A stretch of 64,000 bases of DNA, taken from NCBI GenBank assembly GCA_965203315.1, contig OZ241857.1, forward strand, positions 1,568,001-1,632,000, in the 5' to 3' direction. This document shows positions 1 to 9,652 of the stretch, one piece after another. Below the pieces are notes generated by a model. That model was given only the letters and a program-made list of their open reading frames with translations. It made no database searches and was not told the origin of the DNA. Origin of the DNA: Nitrosopumilus sp. (GTDB taxonomy: Archaea > Thermoproteota > Nitrososphaeria > Nitrososphaerales > Nitrosopumilaceae). Positions within the stretch are counted from its first letter, which is position 1, and each line of letters begins with the position of its first letter. A program made the translations under genes and the position numbers.

Positions 1-512
1 GTTGATAATTGTTGACGACTTAGTATTCTGAGTTTATTCAACGCTTCTTGTTGGGAAGGTGCACGCTCTACTCTAGTGATCAAATACTCTAGATCATTAG
101 ACGTTCGTTCATAATTTTCACTTCTAATCGAATCGATAATTTTCTTAACTTCTTCCTCGTTCGGTGTTGAAGTATATTTTATTGCGTGCTTGCCACATAA
201 AACTTCGTATGGCATTGTGTCATCTATGCTAATTGGGATTATTGGAATTTGAAAAGCTAACGCCATACCAATTTCATAGTGTGTATAAGTTGACTTCTTA
301 AAATTTTTAGATAATAGCACAATAAAAACATCAGAGATCTGAATTCTATTCAATAATTCATCATGAAAACTCGTACCGCCGTTCAAACTTTTTGTATCCA
401 TAAAAACATCAATATCATGCTTTTGGAGATGTTTATAAAGATCATTTGCGTCCTCTCTATCTTCACCAGCATAGCTCAAAAAGACACTAATTTTAATTTT
501 GGAATTAGTCAA
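1..512 (-). CDS. TIR-domain protein (3'-partial, runs off the window start)
   Basis: Not in the ORF track. Manual translation from TTG at 512: MTNSKIKISVFLSYAGEDREDANDLYKHLQKHDIDVFMD...SDVFIVLLSKNFKKSTYTHYEIGMALAFQIPIIPI. Has the TIR 'VFLSY' strand and the catalytic-position Glu. Frame stays open to the window edge. Confidence 0.88.
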   Translation of the reverse strand, partial: MTNSKIKISVFLSYAGEDREDANDLYKHLQKHDIDVFMDTKSLNGGTSFHDELLNRIQISDVFIVLLSKNFKKSTYTHYEIGMALAFQIPIIPISIDDTMPYEVLCGKHAIKYTSTPNEEEVKKIIDSIRSENYERTSNDLEYLITRVERAPSQQEALNKLRILSRQQLS

Positions 513-717
513 ACTGCTTGCTGATATCAGCAACTTTAATATATATTTTTTGGTGGGTTTTAACTCTGCAAGAATTGATAATATTGATCCTTGAATAATT
601 TACTTATACTGAAGTAGATCTTCATCACCAACATAAATTATTCTATCTAATGATTTGTAAATACATGTTTGGAAATCTGTCATTGTAGAGTCTCAACCTT
701 GGCCAATTTAAAAAACC

Positions 718-909
718 GTGAGAGATGTAGGTTATAGCGTGGGTGACGTGTTAGGTGCACTAGAGGGTCTTCCATTAATACAAGAGAAGGTGATGGGTTT
801 TCCATACTTTGCAGGTCAATTGCCGTTTCGTGTGCGTTATGTTGTGCCAAATTCTACTGTCATAGTTACAAAGAATACTGTCATAGAGTTTGAAGATGTT
901 GGAAGATAA
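718..909 (+). CDS. Short ORF resembling an isolated Cdc48 N-terminal subdomain 2 (possible remnant)
   Basis: LEGLPL...FRVRYVVPNSTVIVTKNTVI pattern. The upstream in-frame extension is broken by TAA at 709-711. Confidence 0.3.
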   Translation: MRDVGYSVGDVLGALEGLPLIQEKVMGFPYFAGQLPFRVRYVVPNSTVIVTKNTVIEFEDVGR

Positions 910-1000
910 TCTCAAATGATATCTATCAATTAACATATGTAGGATTTACTAAACTAATCCTTGACTATATGTACATTCGACAAGAGTCCAAACTTGTACA

Positions 1001-1486
1001 TCAACCGATCTTGCAGCAACTCCGAGCCTGTAACCCTCGAGCAATCCACCATATGGATAGTACAAGTACACCCACCGATATGAATTTCAGCTCTAGTCCT
1101 TGCATAGGAAACAACGACAAACCACCGACTGCACCCAAGATCACTGCTAGTGGTGCTGTACATGCGGGACATCCAGGTGTAAATGCAGCAAATGCACCGC
1201 CTAGAATTGCAGACGAGTCTGTCTTTACCGAGTTCATCTTCTTTACCATGTTTATCTTGAACGCAATCATCGCAAAGTTGATTCCGGCAAGAGCAGATAT
1301 TCCTACTGTGAGTGGTATGGATATGGCCATGTATCCTTGAACCTCTTGTACACCAATATGCATAGGTAACATCGACATCGTTAGAACATAGTATAGTAAA
1401 CCAAGACAGATGCCACTGATTATTGCAATACTGGCATATCGGCGCATTGACAATACATTTGAGATCAGTTGTATCTTTGTCTGCAA
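1001..1486 (-). CDS. Membrane protein with GCPAC motif (possible metal/thiol-handling protein)
   Basis: Four hydrophobic segments, a CxxC in a membrane segment, and a C-terminal CC. Confidence 0.7.
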   Translation of the reverse strand: MQTKIQLISNVLSMRRYASIAIISGICLGLLYYVLTMSMLPMHIGVQEVQGYMAISIPLTVGISALAGINFAMIAFKINMVKKMNSVKTDSSAILGGAFAAFTPGCPACTAPLAVILGAVGGLSLFPMQGLELKFISVGVLVLSIWWIARGLQARSCCKIG

Positions 1487-1562
1487 TACTGTTTGTACAA
1501 CATTAATCGTATTTTAATCATCTTTACGAAGAATTATTACTATAGATGGTATCATAGTCTAC

Positions 1563-1814
1563 ATGTCAGATATGTCATCTAGCGAGAGAGAGATACTGGT
1601 ACAGTATGGGATCTTAAAGTATGACAACGAAGTCACACTCACTACAAAACTAGGTTCTATCTTGTCTGAAAGAGAGATTCAGCGAACCATTGACACTCTC
1701 TTGGGTACTCAGCGTATAAGACGCATAGGTCCGGATGTACTTCAAAACAACGAGAGCCATACCGAACTACCTAAAATCCCCGAGAGTATCAGAGATCTGG
1801 TCGACTCGCTCTAA
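1563..1814 (+). CDS. Hypothetical protein (small, wHTH-like)
   Basis: 83-aa ORF with core-like composition. Confidence 0.65.
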   Translation: MSDMSSSEREILVQYGILKYDNEVTLTTKLGSILSEREIQRTIDTLLGTQRIRRIGPDVLQNNESHTELPKIPESIRDLVDSL

Positions 1815-1856
1815 AATAACAACTGTTAAATTCATGTACTTGCAACATAATAAATC

Positions 1857-2282
1857 ATGAATAGACTACTCTTGTTGGTACTACCTCTTGTTGTATTTGT
1901 GTTTGCTCCTGCATTTGCTCATCCACACGCTATAGATCCCATGGATGGTCACACACATGATTCAGTTATCATTCCACTAGATGAAACACGTGGTATCGAG
2001 AGATCGTTGATATCATTTGATGCTCCTTCAGATAATGAATTACCTTGGGGATTTGTACGTGGTGTAATACCAAATCATGTTGAAGGTTATCCTGTGATAA
2101 TTCAGATCTTTGATGGGACTGATCCTATCCACTTTGCTCAAACTGATGTAAATCCAGATGGGTCTTATGAGTATAGATTCCGTGTTCTATCTTCTGATGA
2201 TACATCGACAGTACGAATATTCGATGGCGCTTATACTGTCAAGATATTCAAAGTGGTGTATCTCGATCTAAAATCCACGTAG
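1857..2282 (+). CDS. Secreted hypothetical protein with His-rich N-terminus
   Basis: Signal peptide ending AFA, followed by HPH...HTH. Confidence 0.7.
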   Translation: MNRLLLLVLPLVVFVFAPAFAHPHAIDPMDGHTHDSVIIPLDETRGIERSLISFDAPSDNELPWGFVRGVIPNHVEGYPVIIQIFDGTDPIHFAQTDVNPDGSYEYRFRVLSSDDTSTVRIFDGAYTVKIFKVVYLDLKST

Positions 2283-3146
2283 TCCTTGTGGACGAACAAT
2301 CTCTGGATGTTCTCGCATCCACTCTATCTTGTCTATCATGGATTCTTTATCTTGTGGTAGCGTTCCCTTTATTGTATATGCATTTGATCCATGATTTGCA
2401 CGAAAGACGATCTCTTGTCTAGTCTCTATCTGATTTATCAGATCATATAGTTCGTCTAATGCCTCATCATCCGACACTCTGATGAACGGTTCTCCAAACT
2501 TGTCGAGAAACTCTTGTTTTATGCCATTCTCTAGGTATAATGTCAATGCTCCAACATAGTTTGGTGAACATTGGCTTATGACTTGGGCCGTACCTCTGAC
2601 ATGTTCTTTAGAGTAGGTCTTGCCCCCAAGCCCCAATATCACCATACATGACATTATGTATCCTGCATCTTTTGCCTTGTTTACAGATCTGATTATGGTC
2701 TGTGCAACAGCTCCTTTTGTAACCTTTTTTAGTACAATGTCAGAACCACTCTCAATTCCTAGATAGAACATGTCTAATCCTGCCTCTCGCATCATGATCA
2801 ACTCTTCGCGCGTCTTTTTGAGTATGTTCATCGGCATTGCATAGCATGATATGCGCTCTATGTGTTCAAATTTTTCACGAATGTATCTTGTAATCTTTGC
2901 CATATACTCTGCATCTAGATTTAATGCATCACCATCTGCAAGAAAGACTCTCTTGGTCTCTGGCATATGCTTGGACATCATGTCTATCTCACCCTTTATC
3001 TCGTCCCATGGTCGTTCTAGATACTCTTTTGATCTATACATGTCACAAAAAGAACATTCGTTAAAAGAACATCCTAGTGTAACTTGAAAGATTAGAGATC
3101 TCGCCTCTGACGGCGGCCTATACAATGGGGAATCATAACTTAGCAT
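2268..3146 (-). CDS. Radical SAM protein
   Basis: CxxxCxxC (CSFNECSFC), YRPPSEA and GIESGS motifs. Confidence 0.92.
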   Translation of the reverse strand: MLSYDSPLYRPPSEARSLIFQVTLGCSFNECSFCDMYRSKEYLERPWDEIKGEIDMMSKHMPETKRVFLADGDALNLDAEYMAKITRYIREKFEHIERISCYAMPMNILKKTREELIMMREAGLDMFYLGIESGSDIVLKKVTKGAVAQTIIRSVNKAKDAGYIMSCMVILGLGGKTYSKEHVRGTAQVISQCSPNYVGALTLYLENGIKQEFLDKFGEPFIRVSDDEALDELYDLINQIETRQEIVFRANHGSNAYTIKGTLPQDKESMIDKIEWMREHPEIVRPQGLRGF

Positions 3147-3190
3147 AACTTGTCAAGAGTCTTGATCTCTTATATTTTAATGGACTATCA

Positions 3191-3271
3191 GGATCTTTTC
3201 GATCCGCATGATGTGACATTTCGTAAGGCTTTTTCTGTAACCATTCTATCTCACGTAAATCGAAAAGATCT
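3191..3271. mobile_element. IS6-derived MITE (family A), internally shortened copy
   Basis: Ends GGATCTTTTCGAT...ACGTAAATCGAAAAGATCT match the TIRs of the IS6 element at 10002-12995. Confidence 0.85.
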
Positions 3272-3387
3272 AACATGTTAAAAATACAGAATCGTTGATC
3301 TTGACATTCAAGTGTATATCAATCTAACCTCATTCATTAGCAAATCTGGGAGATTTATATTGTGGTGTCTTGTACCCAAGCACGAAT

Positions 3388-3669
3388 ATGACGCATTCCA
3401 ATCTAGTGGAGGTAGATTTCAGAGTTTGTTGTAGTCACAAGGATCATGATAAACCGTGTAATGATACACTGATGGCCATACATGACAAATTTTGGAATGT
3501 CACAAACATCAGTACTGTAAGACCACTTGAAGGCTCTGAAGATATGTGTATTATAGGCTTGGCTAAAATTAATCCAAGAAAACGAAAGAGATTTGAAGAG
3601 GATTTATTAAAATTACACATAAATGGAAAACGAATCACAAAGTCTAGGGTTACTATACTACGAGATTAG
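3388..3669 (+). CDS. Hypothetical protein
   Basis: 93-aa ORF from ATG 3388 with a Cys/His cluster, preceded by a TTTATA box. Confidence 0.55.
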   Translation: MTHSNLVEVDFRVCCSHKDHDKPCNDTLMAIHDKFWNVTNISTVRPLEGSEDMCIIGLAKINPRKRKRFEEDLLKLHINGKRITKSRVTILRD

Positions 3670-3945
3670 TTAAGATTTGTACCTTGTGATTAAATTTAGT
3701 GTGGATTCTAGAAAACATATACTGGGCGGATTAAAGAAAACTATGCTTTTACGCAAATGATATTTTGAATATAGAGTTTACGAGTAATCATAGGGTGTAG
3801 CCCAGAGTTTATCAACAAACAACAGTCAAAAGTAGAAGTCGATGACTTGTAAAAAGAATACCATATCGAACGAGGAACTAACTACTTTCCGGATCCCACA
3901 AATGCAGATCATGGCAAATTACTTATTAGTTACAAGTAGTTCATA

Positions 3946-4563
3946 ATGTTGGGAAGCAGTATGTGTGTTGAAATTGAAGACGAGTATGTTATCTTGGCTC
4001 TGATAAAAAAGATGACTCAATCTAATCCTGCCGATCAAGAATATACTAAAAAATCATTGCACAAGAGTTTGTATCTCTTAAATCACCACATTCGTGTTTT
4101 TTCTTTTACATGGGGTGATCACGGCCCATTTAGTTATGATATTCATTATGTCTTGATTGATCTAATACATCGCAAGTATATAAAAGAGACACGTGTTCAA
4201 AACTCTGTAGGTACATCTCACAATCTAGAATATGTAAAGAAAGACTATTCTTATTTTGAAATAAAACTAAAATTACCTCCAAATCTAGTTTCTTCGTTAG
4301 ACAAGATAGTTGAATTTACATTACACAAATCTCCTAGAGAATTGGAACTCTTGGCTTCTGTTCATTATTTGGCCATAGATCAAAAATTTGAATCAAACGA
4401 ATATACTGTTGATTATATCTTTAATCAACTTTCTATACTGAAACCATATACAAGTTTTACAATGTCGGATGTACAAAAAGCAATTGAGATTCTAGAAGAG
4501 CATAAATATTTGGCACCTAATAAATTACCCAGTCTCGCACCGACTCTATCTCTGATTCTATAG
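3946..4563 (+). CDS. YwgA/SocA/DarG-C-terminal-like wHTH antitoxin-type protein
   Basis: LHKSLYLL...FTWGDHGPFS...LELLASVHY motifs. Confidence 0.65.
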   Translation: MLGSSMCVEIEDEYVILALIKKMTQSNPADQEYTKKSLHKSLYLLNHHIRVFSFTWGDHGPFSYDIHYVLIDLIHRKYIKETRVQNSVGTSHNLEYVKKDYSYFEIKLKLPPNLVSSLDKIVEFTLHKSPRELELLASVHYLAIDQKFESNEYTVDYIFNQLSILKPYTSFTMSDVQKAIEILEEHKYLAPNKLPSLAPTLSLIL

Positions 4564-4650
4564 TTATGGGCATAATTGTTTTCTTGGTATTTGTTATTGT
4601 ACTCTGTTTTATCTATTCTGCTAGATGTAAACTATCTGATCATACATATT
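4561..4650. mobile_element. Degenerate, truncated IS630-derived MITE (family B), reverse orientation
   Basis: TA|TAGTTATGGGCATAATTGTTTTC...TTCTGCTAGATGTAAA...ACATAT aligns by eye with the reverse complement of 21900-22030. Confidence 0.55.
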
Positions 4651-4693
4651 CATAAAATTATTATTGGTGGTCTGTTCATAAGAGCCGAGCATC

Positions 4694-4789
4694 ATGAACA
4701 GATACCTATGTAAATGTGGTCGTATCTTTTATCAGAAAAACAACGCAATCAAATGCCATAACGACTTTACAGAAGAGACACTCGATTGA
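4694..4789 (+). CDS. Putative zinc-finger microprotein (31 aa)
   Basis: MNRYLCKCGRIFYQKNNAIKCHNDFTEETLD*; C2H2-like spacing; below the ORF-track length cutoff. Confidence 0.4.
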   Translation: MNRYLCKCGRIFYQKNNAIKCHNDFTEETLD

Positions 4790-4957
4790 TCTAAGGCCAT
4801 CTTGAGATTCTCTATGACAAGTTTGACAAATTTAATGACGAGATCCGCACAATATTTGGATACATCTGGTACAATTTGTTATCTAGAGACTGTTGCCGAT
4901 TAGCATAGATGTGTTTACGATGTTTTGATTTATTTAGATAGAGATTTGGAGCAATTC

Positions 4958-5386
4958 ATGTTACGCGCATATCTGAGATTTAACAAGAACATTTTGATCG
5001 CAATGTCTGTATCTGTCGTAATATCGGCTATCGTTGCTCAGTTGTTGGCAGATCAGATTGACTATCTAAACACGACATATACTACTGTGGTAGATTATGT
5101 TGTATTCTTTAGCGTCTTTGGACTCTTGTTTTATCTGGACAATCGAGCAGAGTACAGAACAGAGTCTGGTACAGATAATACAAGACTGCGTAATGATCTC
5201 AAAAAACTGATCACGTCACTTGGTGTAGGCGAGATAATATACACAATTGCAAGATGGGTAATTCAGTACTATATGCTTGTCCTGAACTATGATCCATATA
5301 TCGCATCGATCATATCTCAGGTTATATCGGGAGGTATCTATCTAGTTACAGTTAATTTGGGCTTAAAGATTACGAGAATGTATTAA
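4958..5386 (+). CDS. GtrA-like 4-TM membrane protein
   Basis: Four hydrophobic helices; stop codon 2 nt before rnhA. Confidence 0.65.
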   Translation: MLRAYLRFNKNILIAMSVSVVISAIVAQLLADQIDYLNTTYTTVVDYVVFFSVFGLLFYLDNRAEYRTESGTDNTRLRNDLKKLITSLGVGEIIYTIARWVIQYYMLVLNYDPYIASIISQVISGGIYLVTVNLGLKITRMY

Positions 5387-5388
5387 TC

Positions 5389-5736
5389 ATGAACGTATAC
5401 GTTGATGGCTCTGGAGGCGACAATTCTAGATATGGGTTTTATATAAAAGAGACAGGCGAATCTAAATGTGAATATTTACCAAACATGACAAACAATGAAG
5501 CAGAGTATCGTGGTATAATTACAGCACTTGAACAGATCGGTCCTACAGACAAACATATCATGATATACAGTGACTCTAAAATAGCAGTAAACCAGATAAA
5601 TCACGAGTATCACATAAAGAAGAAACATCTTCGGGATCTTGCAAGTAAAGTGTGGGAATTATTGCCTGGACTTCCAAACTGCGAAATAGTCTGGATTCCG
5701 AGAGATGAGAATATTGCAGGTAAGATGCTTGGATAG
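5389..5736 (+). CDS. rnhA: Ribonuclease HI
   Basis: VYVDGS, TNNEAEY, SDS and WIPRDEN motifs. Confidence 0.92.
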   Translation: MNVYVDGSGGDNSRYGFYIKETGESKCEYLPNMTNNEAEYRGIITALEQIGPTDKHIMIYSDSKIAVNQINHEYHIKKKHLRDLASKVWELLPGLPNCEIVWIPRDENIAGKMLG

Positions 5737-5824
5737 TGGTGATGTTATCTATACGATATTCAGACATGATGTTTGTGCCTCCATAAGTAGCTTTATTATA
5801 CAAGATCTCTAGAATCTGTTTAAC

Positions 5825-7921
5825 ATGCCAGAGTCTGTCTTTTTATCCCCTAGATCAATAGCAGTTATTGGAGCATCAGATAAACCTGGAAGTGTTGGCT
5901 CTACTATTACCTCAAATATTATGAAAGGGTTTCGTGGAGAAATCTATCCTATCAGTCCTTCTCGCGACAAGGTATTTGACAAGCAAGCATACAAGAGCGT
6001 CTTGGATGTACCAAAGAGTATCGATCTAGCAGTAATTGTAATCAAGAATAATCTAGTTGCTACAGTTCTAGAAGAGTGTGGCAAGAAGAAGATCAAGGGA
6101 GTGATCATAATCACAGCTGGGTTCAAAGAGGTGGATGAAGAGGGGGCTAGACGCGAACAAGAGATCAAAGATATTGCAGCAAGATACAAGATTCAGATAA
6201 TTGGACCAAACTGCCTAGGCGTGATGAATCTAGACCCCAAGACGATGATGAACTCTACATTCCTCAAAGTTACGCCCAAGTCGGGCAAGATTGCGTTGGT
6301 GTCTCAGAGTGGTGCAATCTGTGCAGCTCTGGTCGAAGATGCTAGTGCACAAGGAATTGGTTTCTCTGCGGTGGTCAGTCTTGGAAACAAGGCTGCAATG
6401 AGCGAAGTCGATATCCTACGAATACTTGCAAAGCACAAGCAGACCAAAGTTATTGTAATGTATCTAGAAGACATGGGAGACGGTCAAGAGTTTCTCAAAG
6501 TCTGTAAAGATATCACAAAGCGACTAAAGAAACCAATCTTGATCTTAAAGTCTGGTCGCAGTCCCGAGGGCGCAAAAGCAGCAATGTCACATACTGGCGC
6601 TCTGATGGGTTCTGATGAGATATACGATGCATTGATCAAACAGTCTGGTGCAATCAGAGTAGATACGATGGAAGAACTCTTTGATTATGCTACAGCATTC
6701 TCTGAACAACCGCTCCCATTACGAGGTGATCTGGTCATAGTCTCTAATGCTGGTGGCCCCGCAATCATCTCGACAGACGCATGCTCCAAGTTGGGAATAA
6801 AGATGGCCGATATCACTAGTATACGTAAAAAGATCGATGCTGTAATCCCGCCATGGGGAAGTTCACGAAATCCAGTTGATATAGTAGGCGATGCTGATTA
6901 TACTCGATTTGAGAATGTGTTGAATCATGTACTCAAACACCCAAAGGTCGGTTCTGTCATTACCATGTGTACTCCATCTGGTACACTAGACTATGACAAA
7001 TTGGCCCAAGTTATAGTTGCATCTTTTAAAAAATATCGCAAGACTATGCTTGCAAGTTTGATGGGTCTAGATGAAGGAGTAACAAACCGTGAGATTCTTG
7101 CAGACGGTAATATTCCATATTATACATATGCTGAAGGTGCTATACGTGCACTTGCAGCTATGATTCGATTTGCAGATTGGACTAGAACTCCATTGGGGGA
7201 GATCAAACGATTCTCAGTAAACAAGTCCAAAGTGAATGATATATTCACAAAGGTAAGACAAGATGGTCGTACCAATCTACTTGAAGAAGAGGGTCAAGAG
7301 GTACTAAAGGCGTATGGTCTACCACTACCTCGTAGCGCACTAGCGACATCCGAGTCGGCTGCTGTAAAGATCGCAAAAGAGATCGGCTATCCGGTCGTAA
7401 TGAAGATCGTCTCTCCGCAGATAATTCACAAGTCAGATGCTGGTGGCGTACAAGTGAACCTAACTAGTGCAGGTCAAGTTCGTTCTGCATTCAAAACTAT
7501 AGTAAAGAATGCGAAAAAGTATGATAGCAAAGCCGAGATCAAAGGCGTCTTGATAGTTGAGATGGTCCAGGGCGGAAGAGAGATGATAATCGGCTCTAAA
7601 CTTGAACCTGGCTTTGGTCCGGTCATAATGTTGGGCATGGGAGGAATATACGTCGAAGTTCTCAAAGACGTGACGTTTCGAGTTGCTCCTGTGACTGGTC
7701 AAGAGGCAGATGATATGATCTCATCTATTAAGGCTAGGAGACTTTTGGAAGGGGTCCGCGGTGAGTTGCCATCGGATACTACAAAACTCTCCGAGTGTAT
7801 ACAGAGATTATCTCAACTCGTATCTGACTTTGCTGAGATCAAAGAACTCGATATGAATCCTGTTCTAGTCTTAGAGAAAGGCAAGGGCTGTAAGATCCTC
7901 GATGTTCGTATTGGATTATGA
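5825..7921 (+). CDS. ADP-forming acyl-CoA ligase, probably 4-hydroxybutyrate-CoA ligase of the 3HP/4HB cycle
   Basis: CoA-binding domain, GPNCLG, SHTGAL phospho-His and ATP-grasp (HKSDAGGV); lies upstream of the 4HB-CoA dehydratase gene. Confidence 0.88.
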   Translation: MPESVFLSPRSIAVIGASDKPGSVGSTITSNIMKGFRGEIYPISPSRDKVFDKQAYKSVLDVPKSIDLAVIVIKNNLVATVLEECGKKKIKGVIIITAGFKEVDEEGARREQEIKDIAARYKIQIIGPNCLGVMNLDPKTMMNSTFLKVTPKSGKIALVSQSGAICAALVEDASAQGIGFSAVVSLGNKAAMSEVDILRILAKHKQTKVIVMYLEDMGDGQEFLKVCKDITKRLKKPILILKSGRSPEGAKAAMSHTGALMGSDEIYDALIKQSGAIRVDTMEELFDYATAFSEQPLPLRGDLVIVSNAGGPAIISTDACSKLGIKMADITSIRKKIDAVIPPWGSSRNPVDIVGDADYTRFENVLNHVLKHPKVGSVITMCTPSGTLDYDKLAQVIVASFKKYRKTMLASLMGLDEGVTNREILADGNIPYYTYAEGAIRALAAMIRFADWTRTPLGEIKRFSVNKSKVNDIFTKVRQDGRTNLLEEEGQEVLKAYGLPLPRSALATSESAAVKIAKEIGYPVVMKIVSPQIIHKSDAGGVQVNLTSAGQVRSAFKTIVKNAKKYDSKAEIKGVLIVEMVQGGREMIIGSKLEPGFGPVIMLGMGGIYVEVLKDVTFRVAPVTGQEADDMISSIKARRLLEGVRGELPSDTTKLSECIQRLSQLVSDFAEIKELDMNPVLVLEKGKGCKILDVRIGL

Positions 7922-8128
7922 TGCTGAGTATCAGATTTTGATCACAAGAATGTTGGATCGATACAATGCCCATGCATCAAATACGTACAACCGTATCCAT
8001 CTATCGCTTGATGCTATCAAGTCATAGAGCTGTATGAGTTCTGTATGCTCGAGACATGGAAGATTCAATGCTATGAAATCTCTAGATCGATAATTAGATT
8101 GTTAATGATACGACAATAATCGAGATTA

Positions 8129-8620
8129 CTATGTCCTTACTATCACTATGTCACCAGGATCTGCTTTGCGTTCTGATCCAACGTCAATAAGACTAGTACA
8201 TACACGATCAATTACTCCCAATAAACATATCTCGTCTTTACCGTTTAATGGAACTACACTATTTCCTATTGCATGAAATTTACCATTCTCATCTGGTGTT
8301 TTATCCAATTCTAATGTGACCAAATGTCCATCAGCAACAAATTCTCCTGCTCTCATAACCATATGAGATCCACGAGGTAGAAATTTACCAGATTTGGTAC
8401 CGCTAGTAGAAACGTCAGATACAGCTTGGAATATTCTTCCCCTCAAGTTTATCGGATCAGTACTAGATGATACTGGTTCGAGTTCTATGATGTGATCCTC
8501 ATTGTTAGTAGTATATATCCACCCCTTGACGATCTTTGTATTTTGTTCTATAGTTTTAGTCAGTAAAGTATCGTAATCTGGATTGTCTCCAGGAATGTAT
8601 GATGGCCTACCAGTTGGCAT
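8129..8620 (-). CDS. Hypothetical protein (beta-rich; weak resemblance to viral capsid-cement/DUF2190-type proteins)
   Basis: 163-aa ORF ending ADPGDIVIVRT. Confidence 0.55.
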   Translation of the reverse strand: MPTGRPSYIPGDNPDYDTLLTKTIEQNTKIVKGWIYTTNNEDHIIELEPVSSSTDPINLRGRIFQAVSDVSTSGTKSGKFLPRGSHMVMRAGEFVADGHLVTLELDKTPDENGKFHAIGNSVVPLNGKDEICLLGVIDRVCTSLIDVGSERKADPGDIVIVRT

Positions 8621-8791
8621 GATTCTATAAACTTGTATTACTATTTGAGTTTATAAAGTTTTATAATTGTCAAATTTTGAGAATTTTGCGTAAAAACTAA
8701 CAACCTGCCCAAGCTGACAGAACCGTCATTTCGGTTATTGAATCTAATTCTTTCACAAGATTTATGTATATTATGTGTGCTACTAGTAACA

Positions 8792-9652
8792 ATGAGTGTT
8801 ACCAAAAATACACAAAATATACGTAAAGGAGTATCGGAAAAAGAGTCGCATCTATTATGTACACTTGCCAATAAAGGCAAAACGATCATCGATCTCAAAG
8901 ATATATCTGATATTACCCACGCGTCGCATGGGTATGCTAAAGTCATAGCAAATAGACTCTGCAGTAAAAGATGGTTATTACCAATAGTTCGAGGAAGATA
9001 TCTCATAGTACCGCTAGAGGCAGGAGTCGAGTCTAGATATACAGAGCATAGCTTTATTATCGCATCTCAGATTACTAAAAACAGTTCTTATTATATTGCA
9101 TACTGGACCGCCTTAAACTATTATAATTATACAGAACAGACTCCATTTACAGTCTTTGTTGTGACCACTAGTAGAGTACCTAGTATTGTTATCCATGGCG
9201 TAAAATACAAATTTGTTACAATCACCAAAAGAAAACTCTTCGGCATAAAGACTCTGATGATTGGAAGACAAAAAGTATTCATTTCTGACAAAGAAAAAAC
9301 CATAGTTGATGCATTGGATCACCCAGAATATTGTGGTGGAATAGTAACAGTTGCAGAGTGTTTGCTGGCGGCAATAAAAAACGACAACGTCTCTTTTGAA
9401 CGATTAATAGAATATGCTGCCCTGCAAAATAGCACTATAATCAAAAGACTTGGATATCTGATAGATGTACTTGAGATCAAAATACCATCTAATATTTACA
9501 AACAAATGTTAAATTTGATTAAAAGTGGTTATTCTTTATTAGAGCCATTATCAGCAGTACCAACAAAAAACACAACAAATTCAAAATGGAAATTATTCCT
9601 AAATGTGAGCAACGAATTTATTTTAGAAGCCAAGTCAACAATGGATACATAA
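8792..9652 (+). CDS. abiEi: Type IV toxin-antitoxin antitoxin, AbiEi family
   Basis: N-terminal wHTH, RGRYLI, YIAYWTALNYYNYTEQ and SDKEKTIVD motifs; directly upstream of an AbiEii gene. Confidence 0.9.
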   Translation: MSVTKNTQNIRKGVSEKESHLLCTLANKGKTIIDLKDISDITHASHGYAKVIANRLCSKRWLLPIVRGRYLIVPLEAGVESRYTEHSFIIASQITKNSSYYIAYWTALNYYNYTEQTPFTVFVVTTSRVPSIVIHGVKYKFVTITKRKLFGIKTLMIGRQKVFISDKEKTIVDALDHPEYCGGIVTVAECLLAAIKNDNVSFERLIEYAALQNSTIIKRLGYLIDVLEIKIPSNIYKQMLNLIKSGYSLLEPLSAVPTKNTTNSKWKLFLNVSNEFILEAKSTMDT

